A stretch of 64,000 nt of DNA. It comes from Octopus sinensis (taxonomy: Eukaryota). The first letter of the stretch is position 1. Every line of letters begins with the position of its first letter. The translations under genes were made by a program, and so were the position numbers. Under the pieces are notes generated by a model that was given only the letters and a program-made list of their open reading frames with translations, was not told the origin of the DNA and did not search any database. Location of the stretch: contig NC_042999.1 of assembly GCF_006345805.1 (NCBI RefSeq), positions 68,014,001 through 68,078,000 of the forward strand. Reading direction: 5' to 3'. Shown piece by piece: positions 38,645 to 51,569 of the stretch.

Positions 38645-39435
38645 AAGCGCTGTTCGTACTGCGAGTCTGAATTCGCTGTACGTACTGCATTTTTGAATCC
38701 ATCGTATGTATTACGACTTTGAATCCACTGTAGTAGTTTGTTCCCTTACTAATTGAGTTGTCACGAGCTGCCTCGCTCAGTTGTCGCCAAGTGACTACTT
38801 CGTTAAGTCGTCAGCGGCTGAGGCCAACTGATTTTTGCTTGGGGTGTGCTTGCTTTTATAACTACCCAGAAGGATAGACATATCATTGAGAACAATAGAT
38901 TTAGTTGGTAGTCTTGCTATCTCTATTCTAGCTTTTGGTGAAGTAGAAAAGGTTAGAAAGGGTCAAGTGGTGAAGACGTTATTTCGGCCTAGCTAAAGGC
39001 ATCTGGAAAATCATTGTTCCACCGTGCGAAAAGTTCTGTTGCATGGTTAATTTAAATTTGGCTATGGTGGATCGAATCCACTTCATGCAAGCAAGATTCA
39101 CTACACACTGTATGTGCAGCGAATTTTAATCCACTGCAAGTACTACGAATTTGAATCTATTGTCCGACTTTCGATTCTGAATCCATTGTACGTACTTCGA
39201 GTTGGAATCCATTGTACGTACTCGTGTTTTAATCCTCTGTGCGAACTACGAGTTTCAGTCCATTGCACGTACTGCGAGTTTGAATCCACTGTACGTGCGG
39301 CGAATTTTAATCCACTGTACGTACTTCGGGTTTTAATCCTCTGTGCATACTAGGAGTTTGAATCCATTGTACATACTGCGAGTTAGAATCCACTGTACGT
39401 ACTGCGAGTTTTACGTACTGCGAGTACATACTGTA
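38645..39435. repeat. 26-bp minisatellite (gaatccactgtacgtactgcgagttt) split by a ~340-bp unique insert
   Basis: Units at 38645-38731 and 39075-39435. Confidence 0.85.
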
Positions 39436-40547
39436 AGCTTGAAACCGCTGCTGATTTCGTCTTCTCTTATCGCCTTCAATTATGATTCCATTCCGTTCTA
39501 TAGATTCTAAATCGATCACAGTAAATAGCAGGCACTTTATGTCTCCGTTAAAGCGTCACCCGGGGTGGACTGCCCCTCATCCTTCTCCTTGTGAGCTACT
39601 ACTTACATAAACATAAAATATTAATTGAATGATAAATCAATACACACAAGTACGTTATCATTTATTTTTTCAAGGTAAATGTTATTGTCTACCGTTTCCC
39701 TGTGTGTGTGTGAGAGAGAGAAAGACAGTGTGTGTGTGTGTGTGGTGTGTGTGTGTGTGTCTGTGAGAGTGAACGTGGGTGTGGGTGTGTGTGTATGTAT
39801 ATATGCGTTTGCGGAGGCGCGTGAGCATGTGTGTGTGTGTGCATGTGTGTGCGTGTGCGCGTGTGTCTGTGTGGGTGTGCATGTGTATATGTGTGTGTTC
39901 GTGTGTGCGTGTGTGTGAGCATGTGCGTGTGTGTATGTGTGTATGTGTGTGTGTGTTTGTGTACGTGTATGGGTATGTGTATGTGTGGGAGTGTGAGGGT
40001 ATGGGTGTGTATGTGTGTATGCGTATGTTGTGTGTGTATGTTTGTATGTGTGTATGTGTTTACGTTTGTGTGTATGTGTGTGTGTACGCGTGTATATGTA
40101 ACCGTTCGTGCTCTTTTCTTTCTCGATGTAAATCATCTGCCATTTTGTGCCTTGTCATTGTAATGTCCATCAGCTAATGCCTCTGTGACAAAGAAACATA
40201 TTGTGTCAGATAGGAAGCATCTTTATTCATAGCTATTTTGTATGCATTTTATCTATTCTCTCTCTGACCCCAATGTAACGGTCGGAAAGAATAGATAAAA
40301 CAGAGATTTAGCCTTGTTTATCACTGATTCATTCATCGCGGATCCTGGATAACGCGGTACGGTCAACAGCGAACTATTTTGCGCTTATCACGGACTGATC
40401 TGTAGTAACGCGGGTCGGCAATCAGTTGACGATTCTGGTTCTATCACAAGGACAATCCCAGTGACTACCCACAATACTCAAATACCTAAAATGTACTGGC
40501 TATCGCTTGGGAAGGGGTGTTGATTCATTTATCACTATTTTAAAAAA

Positions 40548-40770
40548 TTCTTTTTACTTGTTTTACTCATTTGACTGCGGCCATGCCGGAGCACCGCCTT
40601 GAAGAGTTTTAGTCGAAGAAATCGACCCCCACAACATACTTTTTGTAAGCCTAGTACTTATTTTATCGGATTTTTTGTCGAACTGCTAAGTTACGGGGTC
40701 ATGAACACACCTGCATCGGTTGTCAAGCGATGGTGATGGGGTACAAATACAAACACACACATAAATATAT
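40548..40770 (-). mobile_element. SINE-B 3' half
   Basis: catttgactgcggccatgccggagcaccgcc...gcatcggttgtcaagcg. Confidence 0.85.
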
Positions 40771-40787
40771 ACATACATACATATTTC

Positions 40788-40882
<95 letters not shown>

Positions 40883-40929
40883 TTAATAAACGCGCATGCA
40901 TGTGTACGAAGACGAAACGGAACGAAAAG

Positions 40930-41115
40930 GAGATGCTACGAGGTTAGGGATTGAAAGAATTTAATGGACAAGATCCTTTATGTTAGAAGTCAAGAAGAGT
41001 TAAGCATAAACGGGATTTCAGTGAGATGCTACGAAGTTAGGGATCGAATAAATTTAATGGATAAGACTTATCTGATGTTAGAAATCAAGAAGTGATAAAC
41101 AAACAGGATTTCAAT
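40930..41115. repeat. Diverged ~93-bp tandem duplication
   Basis: gagatgctacga.gttagggat...tgttagaa.tcaagaag...ggatttca occurs twice. Confidence 0.85.
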
Positions 41116-41815
41116 GATAGAATATTATTATTACAGCTTAAACAGCCGATGCTTCATAGAATATTGTGGTTCTTGAAAAATTTTCTTATAAACGAACTTA
41201 CTGGAGATGAGGTGAAAGACTGGATCAATAGAGAAAGAAAAAGCCCTCAGAGTGGTTTTGGTGTCTGATCTCACTTGATTCTACAAGACATAGGAGAAAT
41301 GATACGAAAGACGACACATCAAAGAGTCTGTGAAGATTTCCATTCCTGTAGATGAAACAATCATCAAGAGAAACTATTTTCTAATCTTGTTTAATTCCTT
41401 TTTTTTTTTTTGCCTTGTTTTATTTTGTTTTACTTTGTTTTCGTCCTTCTGCTTTATCGTAATTTTAGCCGTTTGAATAAAAACTTTTTTTCTTTTTTTG
41501 CTAAAGACTAGAAGAAGTGATATCTATGGAATATAATAAAACCAGAACGTATATATCTTCAGGCGAAAGAAGACAACATTGATATGTTAATTTGATTTAG
41601 TTTCCTTCCATTGCATTGCTGTTTTCCAATATTCTGTACCTGGGTTACATAGATTTCCACCCGGCCGAAAGAATCATCGTCTGCTTCAATCGGATGACTA
41701 ATGGATGCGTGTCACGAGAGTGAGGCTTCCTGAAAAATTGATCGCGCTTCTGTTTCACAAGAATCCAATGCACAGGCTTGCCAAAACCTAGAAGTAACTT
41801 CTCTCTCTCCCTCTT

Positions 41816-41856
<41 letters not shown>

Positions 41857-42025
41857 CACTCTCTCTCCTTCTCTCTTTCTTTTCTTGTCCTACACTCTCT
41901 TTCTTTCTCTTCCTCTCTCTCTTCCCCTCTCTTTCTCTTTCCTTTCTTTCATTTAACAATAGAAAATCGTCATTTATCGTTGTCATCATCGTCATCGCCA
42001 CCGTCGTCGCCATCATCATCAACAT

Positions 42026-42080
<55 letters not shown>

Positions 42081-42335
42081 GTCATCGTCCATCATCATCA
42101 TCATCGTCGTCGTCACCATCTTCAATCATTCAGCCGTCACCATCCTAGCTACCCTTCAACCCCGCCGCCACCATTACCCCCGACATCAACAGCAAACACA
42201 CGTAACACCAGTGTCACCACCAACACCACCAATGCCAACACCATCAATCAACAACAACAAAAGAACACCAACACCACCATACCATCGTCACCCCCACCAC
42301 CACCACCACAACCATCACACCAAGAACAAAATCCT

Positions 42336-42375
42336 ATGAAACACAATCAACATCAGCGTCACCATCACCATCATG
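42336..42375 (+). CDS. Weak candidate first coding exon (MKHNQHQRHHHHH-G, phase-1 donor), possibly with a long low-complexity 5' UTR
   Basis: ATG at 42336 in frame with the open reading 41778-42506, followed by catg|GTAAAT. Upstream 41150-41790 is unique, non-TE sequence. No downstream exon identified. Confidence 0.25.
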
Positions 42376-42533
42376 GTAAATGCATATTTATTGCTTGTTG
42401 CTTCGTCAGAAAAGTCAGTGTTTTGCAATTATGGCTGTGGTTTAGAACAGGAAATAAGGCAGAGCCGTCTTCAGACGTGGGAACGTACTCACACACACAC
42501 ATATGAACCTACACCAAAATATAAACCAAATAC

Positions 42534-43308
42534 CTATTTCTTTACAACCCACGAGGGGCGAAACATAGAGGGGACAAACAAGGACAGACAAACGGATTAA
42601 GTCGATTACATCGACCCCAGTGCGTAACTGGTGCTTAATTTATCGACCCCGAAAAGATGAAAGGCAAAGTCGACCTCACGCGGAATTTGAACTCAGACGT
42701 AACGGCGGACGAAATACCTATTTCTTACTACCCACGAGGGGCTAAACCAGAGAGGACAAACAAGGACAGACAAACGGATTTAGTCGATTACATCGACCCC
42801 AGTGCGTAACTGGTACTTAATTTATCGAACCCAAAAGATGAAAGGCAAAGTCGACCTCGGCGGATTTGGACTCAAACGTAACGGCAGACGAAATACCTGT
42901 TTCTTTACTACCCACGAGGGGCTAACACAGAGAGGACAAACAAGGACAGACGAACGGATTAAGTCGATTACACGACCCAGTGCGTAACTGGTACTTATTT
43001 AATCGACCCCGAAGGATAAAGGCAAAGTCGACCTCGGCGGAATTTGAACTCAGAACGTAACGGCAGACAAAATACCTATTTCTTTACTACCCATGAGGGA
43101 CTAAACACAGAGAGGACAAACAAGGACAGACAAACGGATTAAGTCGATCACATCGACCCCAGTGCGTAACTGGTACTTATTTAATCGACCCCGAAAGGAT
43201 GAAAGGGAAAGTCGACCTCGGCGGAGTTTGAACTCAGAACGTAATGGCAGACGAAATACGGCTACGCATTCCGCCCTGCGTGCCAACGATTCTGCCAGCT
43301 CGCCACCT
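42534..43308 (-). mobile_element. SINE-A tail-2 tetramer (one complete head + three headless units)
   Basis: Unit starts at 42534, 42718, 42897 and 43076; every junction reads aaatac|ct(a/g)tttc. Flanking imperfect TSD tataaaccaaatacc / tataaaacgaaatacc. Confidence 0.95.
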
Positions 43309-44000
43309 TATAAAACGAAATACCAGCGATGTAATGGAACAGGGTATATGGCGACCAGGTTAAAGATATACAAGGAAAGTCTTAGATGATTAATACGAGT
43401 TGTATGTAATATTCAATGTGAAATAAAGCAGAAATGAATATAACGGTGTGTGTGTATTGCACATATATGTGTATGCATTTGTGTGTGTATGTGTGCCTGT
43501 GTCTGGACGTTAGAACATTAGAACATTGCTATTGTTCCAGTTTCAAGATATTTACAGGAGAAATACTATTCCAGTTCATGTACACACACACACACACGCA
43601 CACGCAGAATCATGTGCATCAATGTATGCATGTATGTATGTGTATGTATGTATGTATGTGTGTATGTATATATGTATATGCATATATACATACATACATA
43701 TACATACATATATATTTATATGTTTATGAATATATGCACTCACACATACACGTACACACACACACGCACACACATATACCCATTCAATATATACATGTGT
43801 GTGCGTGTGTATATATGTACGAATGGAAACATATTTATATATGTAAGTATATATATATATATAATATATATATATATAATATGCATATGTCTATATATGT
43901 ATACATACATACATATGTATGTACATACATGTATATACATACATACGTAAGTGTGTGCGTGTGTGTGTGTGTGTGTTTTTGTTATATATTATATCAATAT

Positions 44001-44042
<42 letters not shown>

Positions 44043-44299
44043 TATAGATATATATATATAATATATAGGATGTTTGTCATGGCTGGCCACGATATTATTT
44101 CATTCTCAACACATTGTTGGATGACGTCAAAAGCCAGACATGAACATCTCACTAAACTAATGGTATTGCATGTATAAAAACGAATAATAATTGCCATCAG
44201 AAGTATTTAATAGCATTTATACGTCCAAATAACGTCTGCTCGGTTTTTCAGGGTGACTTGTAGAGACAATAAAAAAGAGTCGGAAATGAAAGAGAAACG

Positions 44300-44537
44300 A
44301 GTAGAATGTGTTTTGGCGCGGCAGTTTTGGCACAGCCGTTTTGGCGCAGCCGTTTTGGCGCAGCCGTTTTGGCGCAGCCGTTTTGGCGCAGCCGTTTTGG
44401 CGCAGCCGTTTTGGCGCAGCCGTTTTGGCGCAGCCGTTTTGGCGCAGCCGTTTTGGCGCAGCCGTTTTGGCGCAGCCGTTTTGGTGCAGCTGTTTTGGCA
44501 TCGTTGATTCGTCGTTGACTATTTCTCTTGTTCATTC

Positions 44538-44585
<48 letters not shown>

Positions 44586-44750
44586 ACTAATTTTCTTTCT
44601 AGTTATGTTTGTATGTAGTGTAATGTTTCTCTCTCTCTCATTCACTCTGTCTGTACTGAGTGCGTGAATGCGCGTGTATGTGCGTTTGCCTTCAGTGCCA
44701 AAACGAACAGTCGCCAAAACAGGTTGAATGTCCAGTCAGTCGTGCCACAT
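44300..44750 (-). mobile_element. Non-autonomous DNA element with inverted ttttggcg sub-repeats; one end expanded into a 14-bp array (gttttggcgcagcc, 44309-44500)
   Basis: Reverse complement aligns with 51570-52436 (ctgactgg..ttc..cctgttttggcgac; catacaaacataactaga; aatca.cga.gccaaaa). Confidence 0.7.
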
Positions 44751-45019
44751 CATCAGTGTCCGATTCTACGCAATTGTCTTCTCACTGAGTCGAGGCAAAA
44801 CTAAAAGCCATTCTTGAAGAAATCAATGACACAAATCTTAACTTGGATAGCAGCGGGATAGATGTTGTTTGTTTTGTTTGCTTTTCGTCTCTGTCTTCCT
44901 TTTATCATTTTTGCTTTTCTTAGTCAGAAGAGAAGTGAACGTGCACGGACTTGTGATTATTGAGTTGCACTGACGCTACACCAGTTCACTCAACAGTAAA
45001 TCAAGTCCAGTAACAGCTA

Positions 45020-45440
45020 ATGTTCATGGTGTTCAAGGTGTTTATGGCGTTCATGATGTTTATGGTGTTTATGGTGTTCGTGGTGTTCAAGGTGTTTATG
45101 GTGTTCATGGTGTTCAATGTGTTTATCGTGTTCAAGGTGTTTATGACGTTCATGGTGTTTATGGTGTTTATGGCGTTCAAGGTGTTTATGGTGTTCATGG
45201 TGTTTATGGCGTTCATGGTACTCATGGTGTCCAATGCGTTTATGGTGTTCAAGGTGTTTATGGTGTTCATGATGTTTATAGTGTTCATGGTGTTCGTGGC
45301 GTTCAAAGGGTTCAAGGTGTTTGTGGTGTTCAGGTGTTCATGGTGTTCATGGTGTTCATGGTGTTCATGGTGTTCATGGTGTTTATGGTGTCTATGATGT
45401 TCATGGTGTTCAATGCGTTTATGGTGTTCATTGTGTTCAA
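45020..45440. repeat. 9-bp minisatellite (atggtgttc / atggtgttt / aaggtgttt)
   Basis: Directly visible. Confidence 0.95.
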
Positions 45441-45528
45441 GACATACCATAAATGTAAGTGCTAAATCACGATGGAAGAGGCTATGGCCTTGGCATTTGA
45501 ACAACTTGCCTTGATTGACCGGTGTAAC

Positions 45529-45631
<103 letters not shown>

Positions 45632-45690
45632 ACTTACCTGGAAATGGATGTGTGGCGTTCAATCATATAATAATATAAATATTATGTATA

Positions 45691-45752
<62 letters not shown>

Positions 45753-45824
45753 ATATATATGCATATATACATACATTTATGTACATACATATATATGTTT
45801 GTATATATATGTATATATGGGTAC

Positions 45825-46037
45825 AAGGCGTCACAAAATATTAAGAACATGAAATACGAAAACAAACTTGGGTATACGAACAACGAGAGAAATAAATGGA
45901 AAACAAGACAAGTAACAACGACCCTTCATCAGTTGTCAGCTGTTCATCTTCTCCACATTTCGAGCCATTAACGACAATATGAGGCTTCGAAAACCAGTTG
46001 CTCCCGCGAACCAAAATATAATTGGGGATTTGCGGCA
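45825..46037 (-). mobile_element. Possible Penelope pLTR-like fragment abutting (TA)n
   Basis: Minus strand has cgaaatg...gacaaCTGATGAagggtcg followed by T-rich sequence ending in (TA)n. Weak. Confidence 0.35.
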
Positions 46038-46188
46038 CGGCGGGCTTCTTTCAGTTTCCGTCCACCAAACCCTTTCACGAGGTATTGATTGACCTGGGCC
46101 TATAGTAGAACGCACTTACCCAAGGTACCTTGCAGTGTAACTCAATCCAGAACCATGTGGCTGGGAAGCAAACTTCATAACCACGCCG
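46038..46188 (-). mobile_element. SINE-B 5' half
   Basis: cgggcttctttcagtttccgtc...ctatagtagaa..cacttacccaagg...gaaccatgtgg.tgggaagcaa. Confidence 0.8.
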
Positions 46189-46454
46189 ATATTAAATCTG
46201 TTAGCACGCTAGCTTAACTCTTTTTTTTTCCATACAGACGGTACCCCCGAGTAAAGTTTGTAATAATGTGTTTTAATCTCAATAGTGTCATTAATTTTCT
46301 TTGTCTTCCTCTATAGTCATTTAAATTCGTTTTAAGCTAATTGAATTACATTAAGGTATGTCATAGTATTGCGACGATATAACTACTGTCATTTATTTAC
46401 GACCAGTGCAAGGATATCAGACCTCTATATATGAAGAATAAATATATATGTATG

Positions 46455-46501
<47 letters not shown>

Positions 46502-46874
46502 TAATATATATATATATTATATATATATATATATAATATACATATATGTATATATGGTGTTGCGTGTGTGTGCGTGTGTGTGTGGTGGTGTAAACAGATA
46601 TACATACATATTGCGTACATACATTCATTCATTCATTCATTCATACATACATACGCGCTTACAAATACGTGCGTACACACGCACGTACACGCGTAACCCA
46701 GAAAGCAGGCATATCATATATACATACATACATACATACATACATACATACATAAACATACATACATGGAGAGGGAGGGATAGAAAGAAAGAAAGAAAGA
46801 AGGAAGAAGAAAAGAAAGAAAGAAGAAAGAAAGAAGAAAGAAAGAAAGAAGAAGAGAAAGAAAGAAAGAAGAAA

Positions 46875-46905
<31 letters not shown>

Positions 46906-47238
46906 GAAGAAAGTGGGAGAAGTGAGGCCACTTTGTCTTTATTATGTAGTCTCATGTTGGATAGTTAAACAAAGAATCAACCGAATTTGTTTCAATTACG
47001 CCATGTGAATTCATTAGTTATTGAATACTCCGTTTAATTGTCAAGGACGCTGATTTTAAACCTGTTGTTACTAAGGCCTTCAATAAACTGAATAAACCAA
47101 TTTGCACGCATGATGCATTCTTGTTGTCTTTCCAATTAATGTATTACTGGCGCGTTAGCAGCCCAGATGATTACTCATTTCTGGCGTACAGTGAGGCTGT
47201 ATATAAAGAGTTGTGTACGTTTGTCTATGCATACTATG

Positions 47239-47440
47239 TGGAGGCGCGTGGCTTAGTGGTTAGGGTGTCAGCATCATGATCGTAAGATTGGGGTTTCGAT
47301 TATTGGACCGGGCGACGCGCTGTGTTCTTGAGCAAAACACTTCATTTTACGTTGCTCCAGTCCACTCAGCTGGCAAAAATGAGTAACGCTGCGATGGACT
47401 GGCGTCCCGTCCAGCTCGGGAACACATATGCCATTGGAAC
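47239..47440 (+). mobile_element. SINE-C (tRNA head + V-SINE-like domain)
   Basis: A-box tggcttagtgg, B-box ggtttcgatt, ctgcgatggactggcgtcccgtccag resembling the V domain. Confidence 0.85.
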
Positions 47441-47575
47441 TTAACTATGGTCTATCTATAGCACTTATTCAGCATTAGCTGACACCTTTGGGTCTCACTG
47501 ACACCATTACCTCTCATAACCTATATATATATATATGAATGTATGAATGTAAGTACTATGTATGTATGTATGTAT

Positions 47576-47630
<55 letters not shown>

Positions 47631-47836
47631 CATTATTATTATTATATGTGTGTGTGTGTGTGTCTGTGTGTGTGTGTGTGTGTGCGTGTGCATGTACGTA
47701 TAAATCTTGCCTGTTAAGTGCTCTCACTGCTAATGCTAAGAGTTACATATCTTCAATAGGCCATTGATTTCTGAATATTTCTAAAGTTGTCTTTGTTATT
47801 ACGGCACAAAATTTTCCATACATAATATACATACAT

Positions 47837-47879
<43 letters not shown>

Positions 47880-47969
47880 TACATACATGTACATTTACAC
47901 CTACCTACATACATAAATACATACATTCAGAGAGACTGATACAGATTGACACACAAATTGATAGCTACC

Positions 47970-48380
<411 letters not shown>

Positions 48381-48539
48381 TTAATACATAACGTTACTTG
48401 TAACTACTTACACGAGATAATATGATTCAAAATATTACGTAATATTTAACTGCACGTTAAATAAATATAATTCCACCTAGTAAGTGGAATTTCGTATACT
48501 CCATATATGGTATTATATTACGTAATGCAGGGTATAATT

Positions 48540-48990
48540 GGAGGCGCGTGGCTTAGTTGTTAGAGTGCTACACTCATGATCATAAGATTGTGGTTTCGAT
48601 CCCTGGACCGGGCGTTGCGTAATTTTTTTTTAGCACAGCTCTTCATTTCACGTTGCTCCAGTCCACTCAGCTGGTGAAAATGAATAACCCTAGCACGGAC
48701 CGGCGCCCCGTTCAAGGGAAGAGTATACAAGGGAATGTCGAGAAGTTCCTGGTTTTAGGTGAAAGAAAGTACAGGAGGATCAGTTAACTATGATTTTATT
48801 CAACATATTCCCCTCTCTGATTTACACACTTATCGCAGCGGTGCTTCAGGTTTTTCTAAACCCTGTAAAAGAACTTGGAAGGTTAGGCCTCCAACCAGGC
48901 CTTTCGTGACACCCTTAAGGCCAGGAACTTTTCTGTACACCCCCGTATATTCCAGAGAAACCATGAAACCGGTTTCTTACGGAGTAATGC
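48540..48990 (+). mobile_element. SINE-C interrupted by a mariner MITE
   Basis: Matches the 47239 copy up to 48725 and resumes after 48947. Confidence 0.75.
48728..48945. mobile_element. Mariner-type MITE
   Basis: TA|caagggaatgtcgagaagttcctggtttta ... taaggccaggaacttttctgtacacccccg|TA (degenerate TIRs). Confidence 0.7.
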
Positions 48991-49062
48991 GAACTAAACA
49001 GTGCATGAAATTACTCCAATTAGGAGAAGCATGGCTTAGTGATTAGGATATTGTGTCCTTGA

Positions 49063-49293
49063 AAGGCGGCGAGCTGGCAGAAACGTTAGCACGCCGGACG
49101 AAATGCTTTGCGGTATTTTGTCTGGCGTTACGTTGTGAGTTCAAATTCCGCCGAGGTCGACTTTGCCTTTCATCTTTTCGGGGTCGATAAATTAAGTACC
49201 AGTTACGCACTGAGGTCGATGTAATCGACTTAATCCCTTTGTCTGTCCTTGTTTGTCCCCTCTATGTTTAACCCCTTGTGGGTAGTAAAGAAA
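49063..49293 (+). mobile_element. SINE-A tail 2, full length, inserted in an old SINE-C-like head
   Basis: Perfect TSD taggatattgtgtccttga at 49044-49062 and 49294-49312. Confidence 0.95.
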
Positions 49294-49679
49294 TAGGATA
49301 TTGTGTCCTTGACCTTGTGCAGGGCTCTTCATTTCAAATTGTTCTGATTTACTCAGCTGAAAATGAGCAATTTTCTCTCCCTCCAACTGTCACATACCTG
49401 ATCTAGGTGGTGTGTTGTGTTCTTGAGCAAAACACTTCGTCTAACGTTGCTCTGCGATCACTTCGACATCTGAGACATGGCACACACTGTGCACCTCTTC
49501 AGACAACGTCGATTTAAGGGAGAGAGTGAGCGAATGTGCGGCACGAACGTTTGATCATTATCAACAAATCATTTGTACAGGTCGTTCGGCAAAAAAACTG
49601 AACGCTCATACGTCGTCTTTGACGGGAGAGTCCATTGTTATTATAATTATAGGGCGGTTATAAGATTATTTTAAATTTT

Positions 49680-50070
49680 TAGCACAAGGCGCGCGGGAGG
49701 AGGTAAATCAAATACATCAATCCAAGTGATCAGCTGGTACTTATATTATTGACCCCGAAAGGAAGAAAGGCAAAGTGAACCACGGCTGAATTTGAACTCA
49801 GAACATAAAGATGGACGAAATGCCGTTAAGTATTTTGCCTGGCGTGCTAACGATTCTTTTCTACTATTGGCACAAGGCCCGAAATTTTGGGGGAGGGGGC
49901 CAGTCGAATAGCTCGACCCCAGTACGAAACTGGTACTTAGTTTATCGACTGCGAAAGGAAGAAAGGTAAAGTCGACCTCGGCGGAATTTGAACTCAGAGC
50001 GTAAACAGGGGGTGAAATACTGCTGAGCATTTTGCCCGGCGTGCTTAACGATTCTGCAAATTCGCTGCCT
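49680..50070 (-). mobile_element. SINE-A dimer (tail-1 copy joined into an older copy's head)
   Basis: Junction gctaacg-attct-tttctac at 49853-49857; attct is shared by tail and head. Confidence 0.88.
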
Positions 50071-50229
50071 TAACAACAACAATGGTTTCAATTTTTGGCC
50101 CAAGGCCGGTAATTTCAAGTGAGTGGGATAAGTCGATTACTTCGATCCTCGAGTTCAACTCATACTTATTTTATCTCTCGCAAAAGGATAGAAAGCTAAT
50201 ATCCTTCCCTTTTGTGTTGCAATTCCATA

Positions 50230-50884
50230 CAGTAAGCCCTAGCCATATCGCGATTCACCTATCGTGCACTAAGTAGATCGCGGTTCACCTATCGCGCACT
50301 CAGTACATCGCGGTTCACCTATCGCGCACTCAGTGCATCACGATTCACCTATCGCGCACTCAGTGCATCGCGATTCCCCTATCGCACTCTCAGTACATCG
50401 CGGTTCACCTATCGCGCACTCAGTCCATCGAGATTCACCTATTGCGCACTCAGTACATCACGGTTCACTCGTCGTGCACTCAGTACATCACGGTTCACCT
50501 GTCGTGCATTCAGTACATCGCGGTTCACCCATCGCGCTTTCAGTACATAGCAGTTCACCTACCGCGCACTCAGTACATCGCGGTTCACCTCTCGTGCACT
50601 CAGTACATTGCGATTCACCTACCGCGCACCCAGTACATTGCGGTTCACCTGTTGCGCACTCAGTACATCGCGGTTCACTTATCACGCACTCAGCACATAG
50701 CGGTTCACTTATCACGCACTCAGTACATCGCGCATTTTTCTGGCTAATATATGTAAATTCATATCGCGGACTCCCAAGTATATCCGGGTTTCTGCGGCCG
50801 AGAGATATTTCTATGGTTTTAGATTTTAATTATTTGTGTGGGAGGTTTTAGAACGTAACACCCGCGATAGACGAAGGATTACTG
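50230..50884. mobile_element. pogo/Tigger-like MITE containing a 30-bp minisatellite (cagtacatcgcggttcacctatcgcgcact, ~50245-50732)
   Basis: TA|cagtaagccctagccatatcgcg ... cgcgatagacgaaggattactg|TA. Confidence 0.8.
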
Positions 50885-51064
50885 TATACTACATGCTATA
50901 ATTCTATGTCATTTTGTTCTTTACATGATATATGCGCTTACTGAACGCTACATGCCCATTAAAGAGGAAAAACCTTATTAATAATAGCTCTGTTCTTTTC
51001 GTACCTGAGTATATAATCTGATCGTAATTTGTATCCAAATCTAATAATAACTCATCTTCTAATA

Positions 51065-51308
51065 AGGTGCATGGCTCAGTGGTTAGAGCGTTGAGCTCAC
51101 AATCATGAGATAGTGAGTTCGATTCCCAGACTCAGCTGTAGAAATGAGTTGCTACGTCACTGGTACCCAGCTATATAGGTGTATGCCTTTCCCTTGGATA
51201 ACATCAGTGACATGAAGGGAGGCCGTGACTGCTGGACTTATTGTCTCGGAAGAGAACTTTCATGGTGCAATCCCTTGGTCATTCCTGAACGAAGGGGTTC
51301 TTTACCCT
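51065..51308 (+). mobile_element. SINE-D, internally deleted
   Basis: tggctcagtggttagagc A-box, gagttcgattccc B-box; tail cgaaggggttctttacc matches 4362-4400 in reverse. Confidence 0.8.
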
Positions 51309-51569
51309 TAACTTTTTACTCTAATAATAATTCATATTCAGAAACAAAGAGAAAGCCAGGTTGATATATTATTTACAGAAACTTAGTGATGCTTGTGTGT
51401 TTATTGTTCATTAAAACCAATGCTGTGTGGTCTGGTGGTAAGAGTGTTCGACTTACCATCGTAAGTTCGAAGGTTCAATTTGTATACCCGGTAACATGTT
51501 GCGTCCATAAGCGGGGTACTTTGCTTCACGTTGCTCTCCTCTGAGTACAAACCGGGAGGAAGGAGTCCA

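Noticed and set aside
47239-47312. tRNA genes at SINE heads (also 16912, 48540, 51065)
   Set aside because: A/B boxes are present but the cloverleaf is incomplete and each continues into a SINE body.
50333-50851. 172-aa repeat protein (HSVHRGSPIA)n
   Set aside because: It is the open frame of a 30-bp minisatellite inside a MITE, with no ATG start or splice support.
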